Made by a program: the position numbers and the translations under genes. Under the pieces are notes generated by a model. It did no database searches and was not told where the DNA came from. It saw nothing but the letters and a program-made list of their open reading frames with translations. A stretch of DNA of 64,000 bases from Eledone cirrhosa (Eukaryota): positions 74,028,001 through 74,092,000 of the forward strand of contig OZ024740.1 of assembly GCA_964016885.1 (NCBI GenBank), given 5' to 3'. Shown here piece after piece: positions 39,051 to 51,466 of this stretch. Position 1 is the first letter of the stretch. Each line of letters opens with the position of its first letter.

Positions 39051-41000
39051 AGGGGTTGGACTTTAGGTAGTGTTTGGATGAGTGTGTGTGTGGTAGAGAG
39101 GGTGTTAGTGGGTGTTAGTATTACTGGTGGTGGGAAAGGGTTTGAATGAGGGTGTGTAAGTGGGGGTTAGTGGTGGTTGGGTGTGTGGAGTGGGTGGTGT
39201 ACGTAGGTGTGATGGTGTGTGTTCATGTGCATGGGGTTGGGAAGATGTTAATAATATTAGTTGTGGGGTAGTCGGATGTGGATGTGTGGGTGGGAGTTAG
39301 TATTATTAGTTGTGGGGGCGGCCAAGGGGGTGGGGGCGGCGAAATTGAGGAGTGTGTTAGTGGTGCTAGTGGGAGATGTGTGGGGGGTAAGGTGGGCGGT
39401 CGAAGGCTAAAGGAATAGGGGTGGGGAGTTCAGCCCGAAGGTGTGTGTGGGTCTGTAGGATGAAGATGGTGTGTTGTTCGACCGTGAGGTGGGTGGCAGG
39501 TGTTCCATGGCAATGGATCAGGCCACAGACTGTGAGGTGGTGGACGGAATGTCCAGAGGAGCCAAAGTGGCGGGCAATGGGGGAACTTCCGCCGAGATGA
39601 ATATCACAGAGGTGTTCCATGAACCGATACGCCAGACGATGTCCAGTCTGTCCGACGTAGGTTGTGCTGCACTCCGTGCAGCAAACTCCATAGATGAGGT
39701 TGGAGGAGGTGCAGTGGAAGGCATGCCGGACAGAGAGAGTGTGGCCGTTGGGACCCTGGAAGGTGGTGGTGTTGGTGATGTGGGGGCAGGTGTTGCAGCG
39801 AGGCCTGGAGCAGGGAAAGGAACAGGGGGGGTAGGGAGCTGCAGAATTTCTGTGCACATTTGAAGGAGGGGGGTGGGGAGTGGAAGATGGGGGAGGTGGA
39901 GGGGTCGGACTGGAGGCGTTGGAAGAGACTGAGGATGGTGCGGTGGAGGGGTGGTAGGTGATGGGAAAGGGGAGACATTGGGTGGTAGTGCGGGGGTGTG
40001 GGGTGAAGTAGACAGCATGGGCACGAGTGAGGACGGTGTGGACAAGGGGGGGGGGGGGGGGTAAGTAACCTCTACAGATGAAATGGCTGACTAGAGAAAG
40101 GGCCTGGGACTCGAAGTCAGCAGCTCAGCTGCAGAGGATCCAGAGGAGTTGGGAGTAGGGAATAGAGTGTTTTATGTGTGTAGGGTGGGAAGAGGTGAAG
40201 TCGAGGTAGGAGTGGGAGTCGGTGGGTTTGAAGAAGGCGGAGGTGGTGAGGGAGCGGTGGGAGGGGTCGATGGCGACGGAGATGTCCAAGAAGTGGACGT
40301 GGGTGGTGGAGATAGAGGTGGTGAAGTGGAAGGAGGGGTTGAAGGAGCAGAAGAAGGAGCTGTTCTTGGGTTAGGGTCGTGGCTCCGATACAGTCGTCGA
40401 TGTAACGACCGTACAGTTCGTGTGTGGGGCCGGTGTACCGGGCAAAGATTTGGGCCTCAACATGGCCAAGAAAAGGTTGGCATAGTTTGGGCCTATTCTT
40501 GTGCCCATGGTACCCAGGAGAAGCAGTTGAGGGTGAGGACCAGCTCGGCGAGGCGAAGGAAGGTGGGGGTGGAGGGGATGGAGGAGGGGCGAAGGTCGAG
40601 GTAGTGCTAGATGGCACGTAGGCCGTCAGCGTGAGGATAACTCTGTAGAGGGACTTGATATCTAGGGTGAAGAGGAGGGGGTGTGGGCCAGGTGGGAAAG
40701 TGAAGGAGTCGAACAGGCGAAGGGCGTGGTTGGTGTCGGAGATGTGAGAGAGGAGGGTGGTGATGAGGGGGGGGGAGTCAGGAAAGGCGGAGATGAGTTC
40801 TGTGGGGCAGTTGCAAGCGGAGATGATGGGGCGGGCGGAGTTGTCGGGTTTGTGGAGTTTGGGGAGGAAGTAGATAGTGGGGGTGTGGGGTGTGCAGACG
40901 ATAAGATGGGAAGCGGTGGGAGGGAGGAGGAGACGAGGTGTTGGATGGTGGAGGAAACTTGTTGTTGGTAGAGGGGTGTGGAGTTGGAGGGTAGAGGATA
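39050..41000 (-). mobile_element. Second, more decayed copy of the C-rich Penelope-like element
   Basis: PTIYFLPKLHKPDNSARPIIS, YGRYIDDCIG, CSRPRCNTCP, GIY-YIG-like NLIYGVCCTECSTTYVGQTG; homologous to ~1560-3690. Confidence 0.9.
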
Positions 41001-41001
41001 T

Positions 41002-41713
41002 ATATATATCAAATGATTCTATGGACATACTTTATAGTATATTGCTCTTATTATTTAATTTATTAATTCATCATTGAGCCACATCGTGAATGGTTGCCAA
41101 AACATATATATCTGTGACTTTGTCTAGTTTGTGTATATGTAAATCTTTATATTTGATAATCTCTCATAAGATTGAGATGCAATTTGGGCAATATTGGGCT
41201 GCGCTTTCTAGCAACCAGCCCACTCGCCGTAAGCCACCAATCACATTCTTTCTGACTTGACCACTGCCACGTCACAGTTATTAGCCCTTTTGAATTCGTT
41301 TCTGGCGGGGATCATTTAAGAAAAATCTTCTCCAAGTGAGTTTGTTTCCTGATGAGTTCGAAGCTCGAGTATTTATCCTTGATAGGATATTTCTGAAAGT
41401 GAACAAAACCCTAAGGGTAGAAACGTAATCCTGGTATGTGTATATGCCTTTTTTCTTCTAGCTTTAATTTTATACCTAATTGTGTATGGTCGACGATATA
41501 TTTAATCGATTTCCACATGCTATTGAAATGTTGGGTAAATATTCTATAGCAGTTGATCGCAAATAGATGGCTGTCGTTTATTTATCTACTATTTCTTCAT
41601 AGGTGCCTTTTAATCTTATAGCCTTGTTTAATTGGTTTTTTGTGTAGTTGATTATGCTAATTGGGAGAGGAAATGGTGTATATATCTTATCAAATGATTC
41701 TCTGGACATACTT

Positions 41714-41717
<4 letters not shown>
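41002..41717 (+). mobile_element. ~680-bp non-coding unit with terminal direct repeat and hammerhead motif (Penelope pLTR/retrozyme-like)
   Basis: tatcaaatgattct(a/c)tggacatactttata at both ends; motif 41344-41424 GUUUC-CUGAUGA-GUUC..GAAC-(A)AAA-CCC(UAA)GGG-UA-GAAAC. Confidence 0.65.
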
Positions 41718-41747
<30 letters not shown>

Positions 41748-41748
<1 letters not shown>

Positions 41749-42229
41749 GTACAGCCACCGGAAATATACAGCGCCATCTACCTGTTAGCTAGCTACCTCA
41801 ACGTGAAAGAAAAGAACCCTTAAGACCTACCAGAATAAACGCCTACACACCGGCTAAACATCAAACGATTATTTCTGTATAAATAGAGTGGTTCCAAACA
41901 CTTCAGCAGTCGACATTTGGCAGAGTCAACTCGCGTATCGTTGTTCCTTTACTCTGCCACGCTTTGTCACTCACATGCCTTGTACCTCGTATCGTCGCTT
42001 CATGTGAAAATAAATAGCTGATTGAATTTACATCTCGCCTTGCTTCATCCTTTCAACTTGTGCTTTCGTCTGTCCATCCTCAACAGTTCCTTTAAGAGCT
42101 ATATGCGACAACAGTCCTTTTAAGGGCTATCTTCAGATCTGATCAGACCGTATGCGATAACAGTTCTTCTAAGGGCTATTCTTGGATCTGATCAGAAGTA
42201 GTGACTAGACTGACTAACCACGTCGCTAC

Positions 42230-42230
<1 letters not shown>
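41748..42230 (+). mobile_element. Probable solo LTR (483 bp)
   Basis: TGTA...TACA termini within (TA)n, TATAAATA ~41878, AATAAA ~42009, short internal direct repeats. Confidence 0.65.
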
Positions 42231-42260
<30 letters not shown>

Positions 42261-42379
42261 TTGAAAAAAGTGTTTAAAGGATTTGAAAACATCATGGCCT
42301 CAGCTGGAAGGCTGGAACAGGTAAAAGGGTAAAAGAGAATAAAAGAGAATGCCATTTGGTGTAAATTCAATGGTATTAA

Positions 42380-42730
42380 TTACTGTATGAGAGCCATCTA
42401 CCTTTTTTACTTTTTTTTTTTTTGCAAATTGAGTACAGCCATTTCCCAAATGATAACCTGATCCCATTTTCTTTTCTATTTGCTAAAACTTTAGTCTTTT
42501 CAAGTCTAAGTTTTGTTTAACCTTTGTAACCATTGTAAATCCTCTGCAAATTTGCTTATAAGTACCAGGTTATCAGCATATAAGAACTCCCATAGACACC
42601 CAATCTTAAACCCCTCTGTTATGGTCTGGAGAATAAACAAGAAGCAGGCCTGAAGGTAGAGCCTCGATGAACACCTATTTACACATTCAATTCCTCACTA
42701 AATTCATTGCCTACTCTCACTTTGTTGATA
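42380..42730 (-). mobile_element. Old RTE RT fragment
   Basis: Decayed match to family A RT (FKIGCLWEFLYADNL). Confidence 0.65.
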
Positions 42731-42951
42731 TGGCTTGGGTTAACTCAAGGCTATGGTAAAAAAAACATTTTCCCAAGAGGCCAACTTTTTAAACACTCAG
42801 CCATGATCACATCCACACAAATGAAAATAAAGGTAGCATTAACTAGGCAAGGCTTAATGGAAGACAATATTATTTACAGCCAATGAATATCAATTAAAAA
42901 TACTGTATTGACTAATTAGAAATATTTCTAAGCAAATCTAAAATCACTTAC

Positions 42952-43012
42952 CATCTGTAAAGTTCTTCTTGTCTTTTGGTTTACGTTTTTCAGTGGATTT
43001 CTCTGGGGGACT
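42952..43012 (-). CDS. SELENOS: Selenoprotein S, penultimate coding exon (61 nt)
   Basis: ttctatttttcaatag acceptor, GTAAGT donor; SPPEKSTEKRKPKDKKNFTD+G; phase-1 end joins the last exon in frame (GGC); Lys/Ser-rich like the SelS segment before GYNPL. Confidence 0.8.
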
Positions 43013-44749
43013 CTATTGAAAAATAGAAGTAACATTGTGAGTTCAAAATTATAGTGTTTAGTGGCAAGTAAGAGATGAATTAAACATATATATTCCTCAA
43101 TAATAAACAGTTCTGGACAGTGATAAGTGCATATACAGTGTAATACAACCATTTAAAAGTAAAAAAAATGAACCCAAGCTGGATGATGTGTTTTTGGTAA
43201 GTTCAGTGACATCATAAAACGTAAGATGCCACTATGACTGAAGTACAGAGTGTTTGACCAGTGTATCATACTAGCAAGGATATATGGAGGAGAGATATAG
43301 TTGATGATTAAAAAGATGGAACAGACACTCAAAACAACACAAAAATTGTGGAAAGATGAATGTTAGAAATCACTAAAAAGGACTGAAAAATTGACAATGG
43401 ATATGAGAGCAAACAAAAATATACGACATCATAAAACATTAAGAGAAAATCAAAGTGGGTTAAGTATATGGCATAAAATGACGACAATTAGGCAAAGCTG
43501 TTTATAAAATGGAGACTGAGGGGGGAAAAGACAAAGTGGATAAAGCTTGATATATTCATAAATTTCTATTTTCATTAACACCAGTTAGTTTGTTTACTTT
43601 AGTCTCTCAATTTTCTTTCATTTATATGATGTTGTTTTGTTTAACTCCTACTTAATGACACATATCAGTGTTTTATGGAAATTACTTTGCTCTATATTTA
43701 CTATTTGTATTTTCACAGTAAACACTTTATCTCACATGATATCAAATCTATGAGATTTTAATATTATTTGTTTTGAGAACAATACCTTAACATAAATATG
43801 ACAGCTGGTTATGACTGGTTTGAACAAAAGAGGTGAGAGAATTCTGGCCAGATATGGCTGGTTTAAATCCTAAAGGGTTAAAATAACATGTTTGTTGGCA
43901 CTGTTTCTTAGATGACACAAATATATCTCTTTCTCAATTTTTCTTACAAAACTGAAATTGTTCAATGAGATTTTTATAATCCACGATCCTTTAGATACTA
44001 GACATTGATTTTCTTTCTTTTACTACCCACCTATTATTTTTCTCATGACATGAAGGCAATTTATCATAATTCATCAGTATGTGATATAAAAATATAAACT
44101 TAAAAAGAAAAAAAAAACAAGCAAAAAACTTTGGAAGCATGAGTCAAGGAAGGAAGGGCTTCTGAGACTAGAGAGAGGGTGGAATATATCCTGACCTGGA
44201 GTCACAGCCTGAATGCTTATAACAGAGCAGACTCCACTAATGGCATCAAAGGGCCAGGTGGTGGTATTAAATCATGTAACAGATCAAATTTATCATCCAA
44301 GTAAGCCACAGCAAGATTTGAACTTCGAATGCCAAGAATCACAACAAATACAGCAAAGCATCTAATGTAACACTCTCCCACTTCTACCAATCCACTGCAC
44401 TGGACTGGTACTTTAGTTTTTCAACAAGAAAAGGACAAAAGCAAAGTTGATTTTGGCAAGATTTAAATTCAAATACATCAATTAAATTTTAAACAATAAG
44501 TGTCAGTGGCCCATCTGAGGACTGAGCCCTGCGAGGTTAGGTGGCAGGAATGCTTCTGCCCTCTTGCCCTAGGCCCAAAGCCCAATCACCCCTTCCTCTC
44601 TTCTGCGACACAAGAGCTCTTGCCACCCCCTCTCCTTCTCGTTCTTTTTCTTCTCTCTTTTTCTCTATATTTCCCTATTCTTTCATTTTTTTCATTTCCC
44701 TTTTTTTTCTATTATTGCCATCATTATAGTTGTCATTATTATCATTTTT

Positions 44750-44945
44750 AGGGCGGTGGATTGGCAGTATCGGTAGAGGGTCGTACGCCATGCTTTGACG
44801 CATAGAGTTACGGCGCTTGCCATTCTGATTTCAAATCCCGCCGATGTTAACTTTGCCTTTCATCCTTACGGGGTCGATAAAATAAAGTACCAGTAATGCA
44901 GTGGGTAATTGCTGGCCTTGTGCCAAAAGTAGAAACAATTATTAT
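44750..44945 (+). mobile_element. OK-type tRNA-derived SINE
   Basis: A/B-box-like head, TTTGCCTTTCATCCTTACGGGGTCGATAAAATAAAGTACCAG core, (ATT)n tail; second copy 58267-58456. Confidence 0.8.
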
Positions 44946-45099
44946 CATTATTATTGTTATTGTAAATAATTCGACCCTCTACCGATACTGCCAATCCACC
45001 GCCCTTGTTACTGTAAATAATATCATGTTTATACAGTTTTTATCAGACATTATTACTTAAATAAAATGATAACTACTCCATATATTAAAATAAAACAGG

Positions 45100-48000
45100 A
45101 TGTACACAATGGCACACTATACTATGGTGAACACTTAGACATTGAAACACTACACTATGGTGAACACCTACACAATGACACACTATACTATGGTAAACAC
45201 CTACACATTGACACACTATACTATGGTGAACACCTACACTATGACACACTACACTATGGTGAACACCTACACATTGACACACTATACTATGGTAAACACC
45301 TACACTATACACACTACACTATGGTCAACACCTATACAATGACATACTATACTATGGTAAACACCTACACAATGACACACTATACTATGGTCAACACCTA
45401 CACTATGACACACTACACTATGGTAAACACCTAGACATTGAAACACTACACTATGGTGAACACCTACACAATGACACACTACACTATGGTCAACACCTAC
45501 ACTATAACACACTACACTATAGTAAACACCTACACTATGGCCAACACCTACACAATGACATACTATACTATGGTCAACACCTACAGAATGACATACTACA
45601 CTATAGTAAACACCTACACAATGACACACTATACTATGGTCAATACCTACACTATGACACACTACACTATGGTGAACACCTACACAATGACATACTATAC
45701 TACGGTGAACACCTACACTATGACACACTATACTATGGTCAACACCTACACTATGACACACTATACTATGGTCAACACCTACACAATGACACACTACACT
45801 ATAGTAAACACCTACACTATGACACACTACACTATGGCCAACACCTAAACAATGACACACTACACTATGGTGAACACCTACACAATGACATACTATACTA
45901 TGGTGAACACCTACACTATGACACACTACACTATGGCCAACACCTACACTATGACACACTACACTATGGTGAACACCTACACATTGACACACTACACTAT
46001 GGCCAACACCTACACTATGACACACTACACTATGGTGAACACCTACACAATGACATACTATACTATGGTGAACACCTACACTATGACACACTACACTATG
46101 GCCAACACCTACACAATGACATACTATACTATGGTCAACACCTACACAATGACACACTACACTATAGTAAACACCTACACTATGACACACTACACTATGG
46201 TCAACACCTACACATTGACATACTATACTATGGTCAACACCTACACAATGACACACTACACTATAGTAAACACCTACACTATGACACACTACACTATGGC
46301 CAACACCTACACTATGACACACTACACTATGGTCAACACCTACACATTGACATACTATACTATGGTCAACACCTACACAATGACACACTACACTATAGTA
46401 AACACCTACACTATGACACACTACACTATGGCCAACACCTACACTATGACACACTACACTATGGTCAACACCTACACATTGACATACTATACTATGGTCA
46501 ACACCTACACAATGACACACTACACTATAGTAAACACCTACACTATGACACACTACACTATGGCCAACACCTACACAATGACACACTACACTATGGCCAA
46601 CACCTACACTATGACACACTACACTATGGTCAACACCTACACAATGACATACTACACTATAGTAAACACCTACACCATGACATACTACACTATAGTAAAC
46701 ACCTACACAATGACATACTACACTATAGTAAACACCTACACAATGACACACTACACTATGGTGAACACCTACACATTGACACACTACACTATGATGAACA
46801 CCTACACATTGACATACTATACTATGGTCAACACCTACACAATGACACACTACACTATGGCCAACACCTACACATTGACACACTACACTATGGTCAACAC
46901 CTACACTATGACACACTACACTATGGTGAACACCTACACATTGACATACTATACTATGGTCAACACCTACACAATGACACACTACACTATGGTGAACACC
47001 TACACATTGACACACTACACTATGGCCAACACCTACACATTGACACACTATACTATGGTCAACACCTACACATTGACATACTATACTATGGTCAACACCT
47101 ACACATTGACACACTACACTATGGCCAACACCTACACTATGACACACTACACTATGGTGAACACCTACACATTGACATACTATACTATGGTCAACACCTA
47201 CACAATGACACACTACACTATGGTGAACACCTACACATTGACACACTACACTATGGCCAACACCTACACATTGACATACTATACTATGGTCAACACCTAC
47301 ACAATGACACACTACACTATGGTGAACACCTACACATTGACATACTATACTAAACACCTACACTATGACATACTATACTATGGTGAACACCTACACTATG
47401 ACACACTACACTATGGCCAACACCTACACAATGACACACTACACTATGGCCAACACCTACACAAGGACACACTACACTATAGTAAACACCTACACATTGA
47501 CATACTATACTATGGTCAACACCTACACAATGACATACTATACTATGGTGAACACCTACACAATGACACACTACACTATGGCCAACACCTACACAATGAC
47601 ACACTACACTATAGTAAACACCAACACAATGACACACTACACTATAGTAAACACCTACACAATGACACACTACACTATGGCCAACACCTACACTATGACA
47701 CACTACACTATGGTAAACACCTACACTATGACACACTACACTATGGCCAACACCTACACAATGACACACTACACTATGGTGAACACCTACACATTGACAT
47801 ACTATACTATGGTGAACACCTACACATTGACACACTATACTATGGTCAACACCTACACAATGACACACTATACTATGGTCAACACCTACACAATGACATA
47901 CTATACTATGGTCAACACCTACACAATGACACACTACACTATGGTCAACACCTACACAATGACACACTACACTATGGTCAACACCTACACATTGACATAC

Positions 48001-48390
48001 TATATTATGGTCAACACCTACACAATGACATACTATACTATGGTCAACACCTACACATTGACACACTATACTATGGTCAACACCTACACAATGACACACT
48101 ACACTATGGCCAACACCTACACAATGACACACTACACTATAGTAAACACCTACACAATGACACACTATACTATGGTCAACACCTACACAATGACACACTA
48201 CACTATGGTGAACACCTACACAATGACATACTATACTATGGTCAACACCTTCACATTGACACACTATACTATGGTCAACACCTACACATTAACACACTAT
48301 ACTATGGTCAACACCTACACATTGACACACTATACTCTGGTGAACACACTACACAGTAGTATATCAACACCCACACATTGACATACTATG
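45100..48390. repeat. 33-bp minisatellite, roughly 100 units
   Basis: Unit ATGGT(G/C)AACACCTACAC(AA/TA/AT)TGACA(C/T)ACTA(C/T)ACT; 11-aa periodicity in the long ORFs on both strands. Confidence 0.97.
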
Positions 48391-48541
48391 CCTCATCTAC
48401 AATAATGTCATTAGATATACAATAGTACAGTGGTGAATAAACACACTGACTTACTGCAGTTATTATACACACTAATTGTATCATATTTAACAACAGCTAT
48501 CCTTATACTTACAGTCTACATACTAATTTACAATATACACA

Positions 48542-49556
48542 ATGGCAAAGCATAAACGAACTAAGGAAAAAATTAGAAATAAGAGGGATCAGATGTTGTT
48601 TACTCGAGAGAAGGCTACGTTGGTATGGTCACGTGATGCGCATGAAAGACGACAGCTGTATAACAAAGTGCAGGGCAATAAAGATAGATGGTAGCCACGG
48701 AGTAGGCAGACCCAGGAAAACCTGGGACAAGCTGATAAATTCCGACCTCACACACTTACACCTCTCCAAGACAATGTCACTGGACCGAGACCTTTGGCGG
48801 TACTCAGTAACAGAGAAGACCCGCCTTACCTAAATACAAAGTAAAACCTACTACAGTCAGTAGGCATCTCTAACAAAATACACCACCGTCCCACCACCCC
48901 CACCCCATCCACACCGCTCCTTTCAATGTAAAGTTATGTTGGTGCCACAACATCCAGGCCGAAACAAATGAGATCGTGTAGGTGTCACGACAAAAAACAC
49001 ACAGTCCACGCTGTAATGTGGCCGTGTAGGCAACACGGTAAAAACCTCCCAGCCCCACACTGTAAATGTGGTTGGTGTTAGGAAGGGCATCCAGCTGTAG
49101 AAAACCCGCCAGACAGTCCACACTGTAATGTGGCCGTGTAGGCAACACGGTAAAAACCTCCCAGCCCCACACTGTAAATGTGGTTGGTGTTAGGAAGGGC
49201 ATCCAGCTGTAGAAAACCCGCCAGACAGTCCACGCTGTAATGTGGCCGTGTAGGCAACACGGTAAAAACCTCCCAGCCCCACACTGTAAATGTGGTTGGT
49301 GTTAGGAAGGGCATCCAGCTGTAGAAAACCCGCCAGACAGTCCACGCTGTAAATGTGGCCGTGTAGGCAACACGGTAAAAACCTCCCAGCCCCACACTGT
49401 AAATGTGGTTGGTGTTAGGAAGGGCATCCAGCTGTAGAAAACCCGCCAGACAGTCCTATGCGAGCAAGACAACCACTCTTGCCTCTAGTGGGAAAACCCC
49501 CGTCCAAACCCATGCAAGCGTGGAACAGGGACGTTAAACGATGATGATGATGATGA
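48542..49556 (+). mobile_element. RTE family A 3' fragment with four tandem ~115-bp UTR units
   Basis: MMRMKDDSCITKC...EKTRLT; units ~49002-49456; GAT tail. Confidence 0.92.
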
Positions 49557-50481
49557 CACAACAACTACTTTCTTTGTCAGTTTGTTTGTAAGTAAAATTT
49601 TCAACAAGCTATGTTTCCTAATAAACACACCACATCTTCCCACAAGAACATCAAAATATTATTAATTATTACCCTAATGATTGATTTTTTCTATGTTAGC
49701 CTGGGTTAGTAGTGCTAGATTTAATCCCCATTTCTGAGACTAGATACACACATCCGGTTCACTCACAAAACTAGCATTGGTTGATGCAAGCCATCAATAA
49801 CATAAAGATGCTCATTAGCAGTAATTCTAGTCACTGATATGTGTTTCGGTCAGAAATTTAGTCCAGAACAATTAGAAAGGACTATATTCAGTTTTTCTTC
49901 AACGAGTTGCAAGGAGCCATTAATTTTCCAATAAAACGCAAAGAAAAGCTTTGTGTATGGAATTACCTCTCTATATGACCAGGGATCCAGTTTCCACGAT
50001 AACAAAAAGGTTAAACAACAAAAATAAGTTATTTCTGAGGTATTCAATTATACTTCATTGGAAAAGGCCAGTATATTGTAATTGGAGACACTGTCTACTG
50101 TAATATCTTATGACTGAATAACAGCTTGATGCTATGATGTATACACATTGTCACGGAAGTAGCATGTCAAGTTTTCCCGGGGAAGAGGAAAAGAAGTCGT
50201 TACTATGAAGCTGTAATCCAATATTGAGGTTCACTACTTAGAATAATACACAAAGATCTACTGCTGTAAAGAAATTGATGTCATGTTTGATTTTTTTTCT
50301 TCCTGATTATTTGACTGACTGCTATATAACATGTGGTAAATGATAACTAAAAACAGAAATTTCATGTTAGTTTAGCAGCTGTAAAGATATAGGGAGGGAG
50401 GAAAAACCTAGCAAATTATCTTTTTTAAGTAAGAGTAGATTATTGATTTAGGAAGACAATGACCATTATATATATATATAT

Positions 50482-50755
50482 ATTCTCAGACCGGGTGATG
50501 TGTTGTTTCCTTGAGCAAGACACTTTATTTCACATTGCTCCAGTTTACTCAGCTGTAGAAATGAGATGATAGGGACTGGGGTCCCTATCATTCCACTGCA
50601 AAGTGGTCGTGGAGGTGCCAGGGCAAAAAAGCACCCAGCACTCACTGCAAATGAGGGTGGTGTTAGGAAGGGCATCCAGCTGTAGAAATCAAGCCAGAAT
50701 CAGTTCCCGTCCCACCCTTGTAAGCAGGGAAAAAGCGGACGTAAAATGAAATGAA
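50482..50755 (+). mobile_element. 5'-truncated tRNA-derived SINE
   Basis: Matches the 34431 SINE from the B box onward. Confidence 0.85.
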
Positions 50756-50759
50756 TATA

Positions 50760-51030
50760 TTATTTAGAAAGTGAACAACACAAAATATAACTACCAAAGG
50801 TTTCTGGATCCCAGACAATATTAATGTATGTCTGGATCGGTTATCAGACAGAGATGTTACGGATAAAAAATATATGAAATGAGATTTAAGATCTGTTAAA
50901 ATTTGGAAGTGAGGCTGGAAAAATAACAGAAAATATGCATAAGAAAAGAAGGGTAAGAAAAGTAATATATAAAAGTATATAGCAATAAAGAAAAAGACAT
51001 ATGTGTACATACAAATACACACACATACAC
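50760..51030 (-). mobile_element. AT-rich pLTR-like element with inactivated hammerhead (inverted partner of 54075-54350)
   Basis: CUGAUAA core; 3' strand of stem I deleted relative to the plus copy. Confidence 0.7.
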
Positions 51031-51147
51031 AATGTGAATATGTGTCTGTATCTGTGTATGTATATGTGTGTGTGTGTATGCATGTATATGTATATGTTTA
51101 CATGTATATATATGCGTAGATATATATATATATATAATATATATATA

Positions 51148-51422
51148 ACATCCAGGCCGAAACAAATGAGATCGTGTAGGTGTCACGTCAAAAAACACAC
51201 AGTTCACGCTGTAATGTGGCCGTGTAGGCAACACGGTAAAAACCTCCCAGCCCCACACTGTAAATGTGGTTGGTGTTAGGAAGGGCATCCAGCTGTAGAA
51301 AACCCGCCAGATAGTCCTATGCAAGCAAGATAATCACTCTTGCCTCAAGTGGGTAAACCCCCGTCGAAACCCATGCAAGCGTGGAACACGGACATTAAAC
51401 GATGATGATGATGATGATGATG

Positions 51423-51424
<2 letters not shown>
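51148..51424 (+). mobile_element. RTE family A 3' UTR-only copy
   Basis: UTR unit plus GAT tail. Confidence 0.85.
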
Positions 51425-51456
<32 letters not shown>

Positions 51457-51466
51457 ATATACATTT

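Noticed and set aside
45100-48390. CRISPR-like array or 685-835 aa repeat proteins
   Set aside because: Units are contiguous with no unique spacers and no cas genes in eukaryotic DNA; long ORFs on both strands follow from a 33-bp stop-poor unit and are broken by indels
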